Source: Felis catus
Lineage: Eukaryota
NCBI RefSeq assembly: GCF_018350175.1
Contig: NC_058368.1
Span: forward strand, 189,660,001-189,724,000
Direction: 5' to 3'
Length of the DNA stretch: 64,000 nt
Part shown: positions 25,671 through 38,777 of the stretch, piece by piece
Position numbering within the stretch: position 1 is the first letter of the stretch
Layout of the letters: each line of letters begins with the position of its first letter
Program-made: the position numbers and the translations under genes
The notes under the pieces: generated by a model
Databases searched by the model: none
Told to the model about the DNA's origin: nothing
Seen by the model: only the letters and a program-made list of their open reading frames with translations

Positions 25671-27001
25671 AAAGAAATATAGAACTGAGACTACAGAAAA
25701 AACAGTGGTATTTATTTATTGCTGGATTGAATGGACAGCTTTCCAGAACCTATCAAATGCTCAAAGGCCATGCCCTACTCATTCATTTTGTCTGGGATCA
25801 GCCTTCATCCTCATTTTGCAAGGGTAATAGAGGAAGTGGAAAGGGGTGTGGCTTTGGGCATACACACTGAAATCTACATGTTCTCAGAGGCCTGGAGAGG
25901 TATGCATACTTGCTGCGATTTCGTGGCCAGTGCCAGTGCACTGCAGAACTTTCAACAAAGAATTAGTAATTGGACCACCCAAGCTCTGAAGAACTGTAGG
26001 GCCTGGTTTCTCATTGTCCACAAAAATAAATAAATAAAAATTTAACATATTAAAATTTTTCAAAATTAAAAAAGACTACTTAAGAGAGAGCAGAAGGAAC
26101 CAAATCCTGCCCATAAATGAATGCTTTGGCTCTGTAGTATTGGTCAGCCCCTTGCAAGGACGACTTGAGTTGGATCTCTGCCATTGGCTTAATCATGGGA
26201 AAGATTTTCCCAGCCTAGCACCCCTTGATTCCTTTCTGCCTGAAGAAATAAGACTTGGGACCTCCCCTACCACCTTAGTGAAAGGGATTAGGCAGGGCAG
26301 AGTATAAATCTCTGTTGTGCTGCTCTTGCCAATTACTTGGATTTCTTGAATTCTGTACTACCTATACTCCCTGCCTATTCCATCCCCTACTGAATTTGAG
26401 CCTGCTAAAACCTCAGGTATTTGCTTGGTGGGAAACCCAGGAAAACTCCCAAACCATCCATATATCCATATGATGAAGTTTCTTCATGACTTCAAAGGCA
26501 ATGCAACATTCCATCTACCTAGTGATAATATAAGGCAAGATTTTCAATAGTGAGTTTCATAATGGCAGAAATTACCAGACCTGCTGGAATAGGGGTTGCA
26601 TATATACTTTGCATAGAGATTTTCTAAGGGAAAAAAATTAATCACATTATTATATATGAATTAAAAGTAACTCTAAATTGTAGTTGCAAAAGATAAAATT
26701 ATTTTGTTTATAAATACAGCATATTATATACTGGAACTCAGTAGGAAGTTATATATTCTGGATTTCCAGAAATATGCTATTTGCTTTGAGAAAATCATAA
26801 TTCAAATGGCTAGAAAATTGGTATCAGTAAATACAGGCACACAGCAGGGCTATGATAAAGAAGTTCTCATATTCATATGATTAAGACTAGTAGTTGGCCA
26901 AACAATTTTTTTAGGTCAATTGGTAATAAATAATTACATATAATAGCACTTACTATTTGTTTTTTAAAGTTTTTATAGTTTGTTTTATAGCTTTAAAAAA
27001 C

Positions 27002-27207
27002 TTTTTTTTTAATGTCTATTTATTTTGAGAGAGAGAGAGACAGAGCACGAGCAGGGGAGGGGCAGAAAGAGAGGGAGACACAGAATCTGAAGCAGGCTCC
27101 AGGCTCTAAGCATCAGCACAGAGCCTGATGCGGGGCGGCAACCCACTAGCAAGATCATGACCTGAGCTGAAGTCAGACGCTCAACCGACTGAACCACCCA
27201 GGCACCC
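27002..27207 (-). mobile_element. CanSINE
   Basis: Poly-T, (GA)n and the reverse head '...cgactgaaccacccaggcaccc'. Confidence 0.92.
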
Positions 27208-27412
27208 TGATTTTGTTTTAACTTTGGATATATAAATGTGCATTGTTCCCTGATTCACATATTCTTGCTCATTGAGAATAGGTATGGTGATTGAAATTGG
27301 TCATTTTATTTTTTGCATACACTAAATTCATAACGCAATGTCTACCATTTCCAGCTTAGGTTTCCTTAAAGAGTGATGAAATCTTAAAGACACTTATAAA
27401 GAAATCAAATGG

Positions 27413-27562
27413 GGGCACCTGGGTGGCTCAGCCAGTTAAGCTCAGATCATTATCTCGCAGTTTGTGAGTTCAAGCCCCATGTCGGGCTGTGACGACAGCT
27501 CAGAGCCTGGAGCTTGCTTCGGATTCTGTGTCTACTTCTCTCTCTGCCCCTCCCTCACTCAT

Positions 27563-27618
<56 letters not shown>

Positions 27619-27660
27619 CCCCTCTCTCAAAAATAAAGAAACATTAAAAAAAATTTTTTT
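27413..27660 (+). mobile_element. CanSINE with long (CT)n
   Basis: TSD AAGAAATCAAATGG at 27399-27412 and 27661-27674. Confidence 0.93.
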
Positions 27661-29889
27661 AAGAAATCAAATGGATACAGAATCATCCATGGTTTTTACA
27701 ACATTGTTATACCAATCTTTTGCAATTATTTTTCACACTCCTAATTCCACAGTTATATACATATTTTTAATGACCAAATTAATAAGCCTTTAAGTATTCA
27801 ACCTTACCCTTACATGTACACTAACTTTATTTTTATGCACATATCTTATTGGATTTCTCACTAGTACACATGGATAATTTGTCTGCCTTCCAGGAAACAG
27901 TGCATTATAGTAGGAAAAGAAAGGGCACTTATGTGTCAACTATATCTCAATAAAAATGGAAAAGACAAACAGACAGGCAGGCAAGCACACCAACAGTACT
28001 TTGTAGTCCTTCCTTATAATAGGAAGGAAATATAATTAAACTGATACATGTGGTTTCCAAAGAAACTAACAGGAAACATGTATAGACTTATGTGTTAAAA
28101 TAGACATGACAGCATGAAGTAAAAGAAAACATAATAAATTTAGCAGGTAGAACAAAACAAAAGAGCAGAATGCCCAGAAACAGAAGACCTAGTTCAAGAG
28201 TCTACTCAACCTCTTTCTAGCAGTATGACCTTGAACAGCTCACTGCAGCTTTCTGGAACTTGGGTTCTTCCTCAATAAAATGAAAGGGTGGTCCAAAATC
28301 TAGAATTTTCAAACTATAAATCTAAGAGTTTTGTGTACCCATTCCCAGACTGATAGGTACTCTGTCCTAACAGAGGAAGGTGAGGCAAAATGCACCCACA
28401 TTCACACACAGTCTTTCATACCCATACCCACATGTACACACCCTCCATACATAGTGGCTCAAGGCTATCTGACTTACATATCAGGCTTCTGGGTAATATC
28501 TTACTTGTTTCTGGCCTAAAAATAATTAGAAACCACTGGAATAGATGACATCAGAGTGCACGCCAGCTCTAACTTTCTCTGATCCTTCTTTCCATACTGC
28601 CATTTGTGCAAAAGGCACTCAAACAGATGTGAGTTACTGATGGTGTCTGTTGTGAGTATTGTAAAACTGAACACTTGACTCTCAAGAGGTGCTGGAATTA
28701 AGCTTCTCTCTACACACAAGATCCCTCACAACTCTGCACATGTTTAAGATTTAAAATGTGCAGCCTAATTAGCAGAGAAAGAAAAAAAGTTTAAAACCTA
28801 GCTGCTTAACTTTGGCATGGGCTTCAAATTATATTCCCATTTGCAAATTACCATTGGATTTTTTCACATATATTTGACATTTTATTTCCCTGTTAAGGCT
28901 AAATTCAAGGGGCGATAAAGGGAGGAGGAAGAAAAGAAAAAGAAAGAACCAAACAAGCAGCCATGTAGGAGGCTAGAAGAGACCAGCTTGATAAAGATCA
29001 CCGGAAGATTGCTGCCTCTAGAAAGTTCAAGAGCCCTGTAATAAAATAACCCTGTATAATTCTAAAGAGGTCTGAAATGTTTAACTAGTTTTTAAATGTG
29101 AACAAATACACATACACCCAGCAGTCTAATATGCTTTAGCTTCATGTCCTGAACACTATAAAATTGTCCTATTATTGGCATTCACAACACTTTAACAGCT
29201 TGGATAGATTATGTTTCTTAGGAAAGAAGGTAGCTACAAGGTAAGGTTCAAATTCCTAAAGTTCAGATAGTTTTAGGACATTAAAAAAAATAACTTCTCA
29301 TAGGAAGAATTAATTTCTCTCAAGCAAAAAACAAGGAATGGGAATTTTTTCAATTAATGTCATGTTTTAGACAGAGCCAGTGGAAATTATCAGTCTCATA
29401 GGTGACTTTTGCAGAAAGGCTTAAACCAGCATTTTCCCAAGAGGCTATATCCAGGTCTGTTAGAAGTATATAAGCATGAAAATATGGAGGAGATTTGCAT
29501 ATTCATTGCACAAAGTTTACATGAACTGACAAAAGTTCAAACAATATATTCTCAGGCACTTTTCAAGTTCACATTTTTATTGCTGCTATGTCTAAGTCAG
29601 TTGGAAAGTTCACTCATCTGTATTCCTTCTCACTCAGCTAATATTACTGTCTTGGGTCTCATGAGGGGAGGTACATTACTTATTTCATAAAATTGGAGGT
29701 AAGATTATGAGATTTGAGCATTGAAAGGGTTTTGTTCCCCACCTCTCTGACATACAGAATTAGGGAAATAAGGTAAGGTCATCTGAAATTTTCCTGTGGC
29801 CTTCAAAGTTGAACTTTTGGAAAATTTGATGAAACAGTTTGGAAAACATTGAGCAAAAGGGGGAAAACACAGAAATCCACCTAAGAGTG

Positions 29890-30090
29890 AGCACGTAATA
29901 TGGCCTTTGGAGTCAAATAATAGTGGGTCTTTGTCCCAGCTCTACTTTTCACTAACTGCGATTTGGCAAGTTATTAAACCTTTCAGAGGCTTTATTTTCT
30001 CATCTATAAAATGGGAATTAGACTGTTTCATAGAGTTTTGCAAATTTGCAAAGATGCCTGTAAAGTATTTGCCATAATGCCTGGACTTAG
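29890..30090 (+). mobile_element. MIR
   Basis: 'ggcctttggagtcaaa...cccagctctact...ttggcaagttattaaaccttt...ctcatctataaaatggga'. Confidence 0.7.
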
Positions 30091-31567
30091 TTCATTATTG
30101 TCTTTAGAACCATTAACTCTGTCCTTTGTTGCATAACTTTGATGTTTAAAAGCATCAAAAGGTCCCTACAGATAGAGAATTTCTCTTGAGTAAACTTCTG
30201 TAACTAAACCTTTTATATTCTACATTAGCACAAGAACTAAGATTATTCATGGAATAGGATTCATATATCCTAAAAAAATTTTTTTTTAGTAAACTAAGAT
30301 TATAGGTCATTAATCCAGTTGCCACATAACCAGCTCCACCCCTCATAATTCTTTAACAGTGAACTAAGGTCACCTTGCCCTTGTGTACCACTTCAAAGAC
30401 CCCTAATACTTTTCATGGTCATTACCCTTGTTTGTATCCACTTTTTAAAAACAGCCATGTCTGAACCATTTCAGGAACAAGGGTACAATTAGGCATTGAT
30501 TGTTTTCCCCCTTTCAGTTCTTCCATGTTAAAAAGAGGGGATAAAGAAACAAAACTCAGCAACTCCTAGAAAAGAGGATGTTAGACCCAGCCCTTGGCTG
30601 AATTTAATTTGAGGCATTTCAGTATGGTTATTTCTCAGAGTCATTGAGGGCTAATGGTGCAATCCGATTTTGCCCAGATGAATTTCCCATGACAAACGAT
30701 ATTGGCTCATCATTTGTGGTCGTGACTGAGTGCCAGTATTTTTCTTCCCCCAAAGCTCGGGTAGGACAGCATGGAGCTCTTATGTTCCTTGGGACATTTG
30801 TTTCCAATTTTGCAAACACTATGAATGTGGTTATTTTTGTAGCTCTGTTAGGAAAGTGCATGGCATTTGGTTTTTCTTGTTGGAGTTAATTATAAATCAT
30901 TAGGGCTCCAGTGCCCACAACAAAGTCCTTGGACCTTGAAGCTCAATCACTGGTGATTGCAATAGTCCTGCCCACAGCCCCCCTACCTCTTGCTAAAACC
31001 TCCATTTCTCATTATAGAAAAGAAGGGAGGAGGGGGGCGTTATTTTAAGATGTTTTTATTGGCTTCTAAATGTGAAGCTTTGGTTCCAAAGTCTTCTTTT
31101 TTCCCAGAGCAAGATAAACTTTTTTGGGCTGTAAATCATGGGACTTTTGTATCACTTGACAGGGTCCATGTTTAAAAGCCATTCCAATTGCCTCTCTGAT
31201 GACTTACGAAGCAGAAAGAGTTGCCCACGCATCATGAAAAGGACCCTTTCAGTAGCACTGGGCCTACACCCAAATCTGTTGCTTTAAGATGATAAATCAT
31301 TCTATTTTCACCCACTCCCCATCTCAATCTCCTATTTATAAAAAACACCATTGTGACCTGACCAGTAATTTTAGTACAAACTACTGGCTACATTGAGAGG
31401 CCCCGAGATGGAAAAGCTCAAGATAAGGGCCAGTCCTCCACCTCTGAACTGACCACTTGTCCTGCCCACAGCCAGGCACCCACATCACTGAGCTCTCCCA
31501 AGCCCCATCTCACTCTCCAGGAGAGCACCCATAGTCCCAAGTTTTTCCCATTAAAATATCCCTGCCC

Positions 31568-31781
31568 GGGGCGCCTGGGTGGCGCAGTCGGTTAAGCGTC
31601 CGACTTCAGCCAGGTCACGATCTCGCGGTCCGTGAGTTCGAGCCCCCGTCAGGCTCTGGGCTGATGGCTCAGAGCCTGGAGCCTGTTTCCGATTCTGTGT
31701 CTCCCTCTCTCTCTGCCCCTCCCCCGTTCATGCTCTGTCTCTCTCTGTCCCAAAAATAAAATAAACGTTGAAAAAAAAAAT
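31568..31781 (+). mobile_element. Young CanSINE (felid type)
   Basis: CpG-rich intact head. Perfect 17-bp TSD TTAAAATATCCCTGCCC at 31551-31567 and 31782-31798. Confidence 0.97.
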
Positions 31782-32429
31782 TTAAAATATCCCTGCCCCA
31801 CATGTCATTTTCCCATAGGGCTTTGTTTTGTGCTAGAGAGTAAATGGTTAATCTAATTAAAAAAAAAAAAAACTGCATTCATGTATAGGTGCCAAATAGA
31901 TGATGAAAAGAGGATAAGACTAGTTTTATCCAAACTCTCTTCATTCAAGGCCTTCTTTGGTTGAATCAGAGCAGGCAGTTGACACTCCCTTGTTTCCCTC
32001 TGCCTCCAAGACCTGAAAGAGTACCTGGCACTGGGTAAGCTTCAAGAACCACTTGATGAATGAATGAGGCCCCATCCAATGTTTCCTTCCTTCCCCCACC
32101 CCTGGCGTACCCTGGGCTTGGAGCAGAGCTTACACACCATGGAGTTAAAATATATTCAAAGGGCACCCTAGGTGACCCTGAAGACCACTAAGTCCTGCCT
32201 TGCCACTTCATAGATGAGGAAACCCATGCCCAAAGAGGGGAAGTTTCCCTCCCAAGGTCACACAGTGAGTGACTGTAACAGAATCTGATTCAGATCCCTT
32301 GACTCCCAGGTCAGGGCTCATCCCCCAACATGGTTTGCTTCCACTTTATTTTTTTAATAGAAGCCTTCTGGAGAAGAATAACATGAGACAGATGTTTTCA
32401 ACAGTTTCCTAAAGAGGATTTACTTTTAA

Positions 32430-32430
<1 letters not shown>

Positions 32431-32475
<45 letters not shown>
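32431..32475. repeat. (CA)n microsatellite
   Basis: Read directly from the sequence. Confidence 0.95.
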
Positions 32476-32476
<1 letters not shown>

Positions 32477-32727
32477 AAGCCTTCTGATTATGAAAGGAGC
32501 AGAAGCTTCTGGTCCAGAATGTCCTCTCCTTCCTTTCCACCCACAGGAGTCCCCACAAACCATAAATACAATCATGACATCAACTTGAAAGCAAAAATGA
32601 AGAGCTTGGAGATCATTGTAGTGTGGCTTCCCCTCAAAAGCAGACCCCAAGATAGAAATCCTAGGAAGCATTGTGAGGAAATGAGGGAGAAGGTAGGCAG
32701 AGAAGGAAGGAAATCCCATTAAGGACT

Positions 32728-32948
32728 CTTTTTTTAAAGAATGTTTAAATATTTATTTAGTTTTGAGAGAGAGCGAGAGACAGCATGAGTGGGAAACGGG
32801 GAGAGAGACAGGGAGACACAGAATCTGAAGCAGGCTCCAAGCTCCAAGCTGTCAGCACAGAGCCTAACTCAGGGCTCAAACCCACAAGCTGTGAGATCCC
32901 GACCTGGGCTGAAGTCAGCCACTTAACTGACTGAGCCACCCAGGTGCC
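32728..32948 (-). mobile_element. CanSINE inserted in an old ERVL (LTR33-like) fragment spanning ~32615-33270
   Basis: TSD CCCATTAAGGACT at 32715-32727 and 32949-32961. The flanks read 'cccctcaaaagcagacccc...cctaggaagcattgtgagg'. Confidence 0.9.
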
Positions 32949-35900
32949 CCCATTAAGGACTTCTTGAGGCACAGATCACACACAGCCAATGAAGGCTACT
33001 GGGGCTTCGGTCCTATCGAGAATCCTCTTAAAGGCTGTGTAAACACACCTCAGAGTAGTCCACTAAAGGGTGAGGAAACTCTAACTCCCTGTCCCATATT
33101 AGTAGAAAACCAGTGAGAAGCATTAAATCTCTGATGCTGCTGGCTTCCCCCACAAGACCCCCATAGTGTCTGCAGCCAGACAGCCCATGTAGGTGGGGAC
33201 AGGACCTCAGCCTGCAAGGCAGCTGTCTGCAGATGTCCCCTGTGCAGGCACCAACAGCATCTGCTGCAGAGAACAAACAGGTGATCAAAAACTACCACTA
33301 TTCCTCCAAAAAAGTGACCTACTCTTGAGAATGCCCTGTGCAGGATTACAGGTGGAGTTTTAGCAGCACAAAGAAATTATATGAAACCCAGTAGGAGGCT
33401 GACCTCTTCTGCAAATAATATCCTTATTTCTAGAAGACTTTTCCTCTTGCTCATTCTTCAGGTGTCAGCTTCAAAATAATAAAGAAATAACGTTTATTGG
33501 GGAGGCTTTCCCTGCTTTGCTCTCATGTCCTTCCCCTTGGTATTTATACTCTTGCTTATAAATATGTATTCAGTATCCATCTTTCCCACAGATTCTATGT
33601 TCTGAGTACAGGAACAAGTCTTTCTCACTTACTTCTATGCTGCCAGGACCTAACACAAAGCCTGAACACAGAAGGGGTTGAATAAACATGTTATGTTTGT
33701 CATTTGCAGATTCTATTTAATGCAGCTTTGTCGTGGGTCATATTTGCTTAGCATGGATGGATTGAATTAAGCCTCCTGGCTTGTTTTTGCCTCTTTGTAC
33801 TTGGTCAACTGAGCTTCTTTGGTGCATGGTAGGTGAAGCTATTTCCTCAAAGACGCTTAGGTCAATAAAAACTCAGGTGAGAGGATCTCATTAAGTTTCA
33901 TTAAAGGAAACTTGCTAAAACTTCCTCCCTCTAACCTCTTTATTGTCAGGACCCATTTATAAAGCACGGGGTTACAAATATAATGGATTTAATCAGATTT
34001 CCTCTCTTCTTGAAAGGATGAAAGTTTAGCTTCCTTATAGAGTAAACTGTATGATGTTATCACTACCTGTTCTGAGAAAGACAAGCCTACACCAATTAAT
34101 GACTAGCATTTTCTCCGGATTTTATATTCTTGGAGACTTTCACAACAGTGGACAACTGTGAATTGGCAAAATAGCTGCCCCCAGAGAATGGAGGGGAAAA
34201 TGCATAAATTACTCTTGATGGATCATCCTTCAATTTTCTGCTAATGTGTTTTTGGTCAAGACAAATAACAGTAACTCACTTATAGTAACTCAAGTAAAGG
34301 GTGGAGGTAGTTATTGTAAGACTCAGGAAAGACAAGAAACAAGGCATCTTTGGGGGTTGGCCTCTTAGCTCTCTCCTTTTTTTCTCTTCCCCCCCACCCT
34401 TTCATTCTCCATCTTCCTCTGACAACCAACTTTCATGATTTCTGCTTGAAAGTAGCTATCATGTTCCACTTTTCATACATTAATATTTTAATTCTAGCTC
34501 CTACTACTAAGCAGCAACCAGCTCTTTGTTTCTCAATTCCATATCCCCAAATGAGGAACATGACCTGCCCTGCTATTTTGAATTGGAACAAACTCCAATA
34601 GTAAGTCACGGGTTATTGACAAGCCCATAGCACTGCTAACTTTGAGATTAGTTTGGACCCTGGTCCAATCAGTACGGTAGGAAGGAGAGTGGGAAGAGAA
34701 AGTTCCAAAGCAAAGAATGAAGACATGCCCACTCAAGGTGAAGGTAGAATTTTCTAAGAAAGGAGCATAGATGGTACCAACGATCCAAAATATTAACTAC
34801 CCTAATCTTCTTTCAACATGGGCGGGTATCTGATGGCTAAGGATGCAGAAACTTAAACGTTTTAAGACAGTTGTATCAGCGCCTCTCCTCCCCTGTTCCT
34901 CTGTAAGCTAACCACTTCCAACTATAAGCATCTTTGACTCTCTGCATGGGGCTTTTCTTAGCCATAGGTGCACACTCAAAAGAGAACTAGAGGTGCCTGA
35001 GTTGATGGCACCAGAAGCAGCATTTACTCAATGACAAAGAGAACTTCATAAATACCCCAGACACTTTGGCCCTTGGGTGGGACAACTCTGAGGCATATTC
35101 TCCACTTTTTACCAGAGGTCCAGACTATAAGTGAGCCCACAACCATAAGTTGCTGAATAACATGGAATTTTCCAGATTAAGAGTTGAACCAACACTTTCT
35201 CTAGATCGGTCTTCCAGATCTTCTTCTCCGCCCTCTGTGTCATGATCTCCTTGCTCCTATTCTATGAAGCAATCACCAAAAAACACTTAAGAACAACAAG
35301 GCAATGATAAAATCCACAAATGTATCATTTCCTACAGTAAGGTATGTTTGCTCTGTGTGTTTGTTCATTATAACACAGATCTTCTCAATTTGTGGAACAG
35401 GTTGTGTCTCAGCAATTAAAAACAATAATTTACACGAGCTTAAGAAATGAACCAAGTGGCCCAGCCTCAGAAAGATTTTCACAGTTGGAAAAATTCAGTC
35501 AATAAGCAAAAAGTAATTTAAAAACAACACAAGTTCTTCAAATGGAAAGGTATATTATGTCCATGCTTAAGAACTCAACATCAACTTGATAAAGATGTCA
35601 ATCCTGCCAAGTTAATATATAAATTTAATGCAATGCAAATAAAAATTATCAGCAGTATTTTTGAACTATTTTCACATGGAAAAATAAACAAGTAAAACTA
35701 GCCAGAAAAATCCTATTAAAAAAAGTAATGAGGTCAAACTAGCCCTGCCAGATATTAAAATATGATATAAAGCTGTATTAATTAAAGCAACATAATAGTG
35801 ACCCATAAATAGACATATCAGTAGAATATTCCAGTAATAGACCCCAAAACATAGGAAACTAACATATGATAAAAATGTATTATTAAAGAAATGGTATTCA

Positions 35901-36349
35901 CATAATGGGTAGCCATTTAGAAAACAGAAAATCGAATCCATTCCCCTAACCTCAAACAAAATAAATTACAGATGGAGCAAACATTTAAATCTAAAAACTG
36001 AAAAACCACAAAATTATTAGAAAAAAAGGGCAGAAAGCTTTCTAAGCATGACATGTAAATCAGAAGTCTTGGAAGAGAAGACTGATAAATTTGACTACAC
36101 AAAAATTTTAAAAATTTGTATAGCAAAAACCTCCATATATACAGTCAAATGAATATCTTTTAAAAATGAGATAAATCTGTGCAATTCCTATCATAAAGAG
36201 CTCAGTTCCCTAGCATATAAAAAGCTCCTAAAACTTATGCAAAATCAACAACCCAATATTTGCCAACTGATGTGCCAAGGTTGCCAGCAGACAGTCCATA
36301 AAATAGGAAGTACAAATACTCTAAAAAACATGATTAGTTTCAGCTGCAA

Positions 36350-37432
36350 TCAGTATAAAAGAAAAATACATTCCTCTATGTCTCTCCTTTACTCTCATAC
36401 TACTTTACTTCTAAAACCAAAGGTGTGAGGGGCGCCTGGGTGGCGCAGTCGGTTAAGCGTCCGACTTCAGCCAGGTCACGATCTCGCGGTCCGTGAGTTC
36501 GAGCCCCGCGTCGGGCTCTGGGCTGATGGCTCAGAGCCTGGAGCCTGTTTCCGATTCTGTGTCTCCCTCTCTCTCTGCCCCTCCCCTGTTCATGCTCTGT
36601 CTCTCTCTGTCCCAAAAATAAATAAACGTTGAAAAAAAAATTAAAAAAAAAATAATAAAACCAAAGGTGTGGATCTTCCACACATCAAGCAATTCTGCAA
36701 CCCCAGCTGGGTGCCCTATGATTTAACTCAATTCTGCCACTATCTGAAGATCGCATCAGATCCCACAGGTTAAGGGTTCAGTCCTACAAGACTGTCACTT
36801 CAGAGGTGAATCACAAGTCCAGATCGTTATCTGTGCTTCTGATGCATTGCCTATAAATGAGAGGTTCCCAAGATCCCCTCCTTCAGATCATTTAATTTGC
36901 TAGAGAACCTTACAGAACTCAGAAAAGTGTCACTTGCTAGATAACCAGTTTATTATAAAAGGATATAATTCAGGAACAACCTGATGGAAGAGATGCATAG
37001 GGCAAGGTATGGGGAAAGGGGCACAAAGCTTGTGTGGCACTCTCTTGGCACCTCCACATGTCCCCCACCCAAGAAGCTCTCCAAACCATACTCTTCTGGG
37101 GATTTGTTGAGGCTTCATTACTTCATTATGTAGGCATGATTGATTGATTGATCCAACCTCCACCTCCTCTCCCCTCTATCTTGGGGACTGTAAATTCCAA
37201 TCTAATAATCCTGGTTGGTTCCCCTAATAACTAGCCCCATCCACTGGGGCTTTCCAAAAGCCACCTCATTAATATAAACTCAGGTGTGGCTGAAAGGGGT
37301 TTGTTGTTAATATCAAAAAAATATTTCTATCATTTAGCGAATTCCTATCATTTAGCAAATTCCATGGATTTTAGGAGATTTGTATCAGGAATCAGGGACA
37401 AAAACCAAATATATTTCTTATTATAACTAATA
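36350..37432 (-). mobile_element. MER21-like LTR
   Basis: 'ccagctgggtgccctatgatttaactcaattctg...tcagatcccacaggttaagggttcagtcc...aactcaggtgtggctgaaagggg...accaaatatatttcttattata'. Confidence 0.75.
36428..36655 (+). mobile_element. Young CanSINE inside the MER21-like LTR
   Basis: Perfect 16-bp TSD TAAAACCAAAGGTGTG at 36412-36427 and 36656-36671. Confidence 0.97.
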
Positions 37433-37619
37433 CCTAAAACTAAATCTTACTACTAATAACATAAGTGCAATTAAATGATAGTGAAATACCATTTCTCACA
37501 TATCAAATTGGCCACAGGGAAGTTTGATGTCACTCGGTGCTGGTGAGGATACTGGGGAACAGGCAATCGCATATAAAAGGCAAAGGGCAAGTATAAAGGG
37601 CAAAATCTACTGAAATTTA

Positions 37620-37839
37620 TTTTTTTTTATGTTTTATTTTATATTTGAGAGAGAGACACAGAGACAGAGACAGAAAGCGAGCAGAGGAGCGGCAGAGAGA
37701 CAGAGACAGAATCTGAAGCAGACTCCAGGCTCCGAGCTGTTAGCACAGAGCCCTCTACGCAGGGCTTGAACTCACGAACGGTGATATCATGACCTGATCT
37801 GATGTTGGAGGCTTAACAAACTGAGCCACCCAGGCACCC
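37620..37839 (-). mobile_element. CanSINE
   Basis: TSD ctactgaaattta (37607-37619) / ctaccgaaattta (37840-37852). Confidence 0.92.
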
Positions 37840-37887
37840 CTACCGAAATTTAAACACACATATGCTTTAATTCAGCAGTTTAATTTC

Positions 37888-38287
37888 TGTGGGCAATTCA
37901 GGACCCTCTCTAAAACAATCTGGAAGCCACTTGTAGGCAACAGGTTTGAGCAATGGAAACTTGAGCCAGGCAAAGGGCCCACAGTGACCACTGAGCTGAC
38001 ACAAACTGGCTCATTAAGCAACACACCTCAAAGCAGCCAGAGGCCCTAACTGACCAATTTCAATCAGGCGCCATTTCTACCATAAAAGGGAAAATTCCAT
38101 ATGTCCCCACACTCTTTACTGCACTCTGTAACTGTGGCCCGTCACTACCACTTCATGGCAGACAGTTTCTCCTTTGCTGCCCTCCCTGCTGCTTCCTTAC
38201 AGTGTATTCAATAAACTTTTTTTTATGTTTATTTTTTTTTTGAGAGAGAGCACATGCGTGAGTGTGTACATGAGCAGGGGAGGAGCA

Positions 38288-38331
<44 letters not shown>

Positions 38332-38558
38332 GAGAGAGAGAATCCCAAGCAGGCTCTATGCTGTCAGTGCAGAGCCCCGATGCAGGGCTCAATTCCACAA
38401 ACTGTGAGATCATGACCTGAGCCGATATCAAGTGTTGGACGCTTAACCAACTGAGCCACCCAGGTGCCCTTCCACAAACTTTTGTCTGATTTTTCTGCCT
38501 TCAGTGAATTCTTCCACGACCTGCCTTGCCAGCCCCCACACAATCAGGACGCCCCACA
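37888..38558 (+). mobile_element. Solo-LTR-like element (family unassigned), interrupted by a SINE
   Basis: Termini TGTGGG...CCCACA (TG..CA with a short inverted repeat), CCAAT and CATAAAA upstream, AATAAA near 38210. Confidence 0.55.
38218..38470 (-). mobile_element. CanSINE
   Basis: Poly-T, (GA)n and reverse head. Degenerate TSD ttcaataaacttt / ttccacaaacttt. Confidence 0.92.
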
Positions 38559-38777
38559 CAGAGTCAGCAAACTTTTTCTATAATGGGCCAAATAATAAAT
38601 ATATTAGGCTTTGGACCATGTAGTCCCTGTCTCAACTATTCAACTCTGTTGTTGTAGTATGAAATCAGCCATAGACAATAAATGAATGAATGAGCATGGC
38701 TGTGTCCCAATAAAACTTTATTTACAAAATAGCTGTGGGTGTGATTTGGCCTGTGGGCCACAGTTTGCCAACTCTTG
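38559..38777. mobile_element. hAT-Charlie MITE, MER58A-like
   Basis: 'cagagtcagcaaactttttctataa...gagcatggctgtgtcccaataaaactttatttacaaaa...cagtttgccaactcttg'. Confidence 0.8.

Larger units (their letters stand above)
35520..37880 (+). mobile_element. Old L1M fragment (ORF2 3' part and 3'UTR), interrupted by an LTR and SINEs
   Basis: Degenerate ORF2 text: 'aagatgtcaatcctgcc...aaatttaatgcaat', 'ctagccctgccagatattaaaa...aaagctgtattaattaaa', 'gataaatttgactacac'. Confidence 0.7.
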
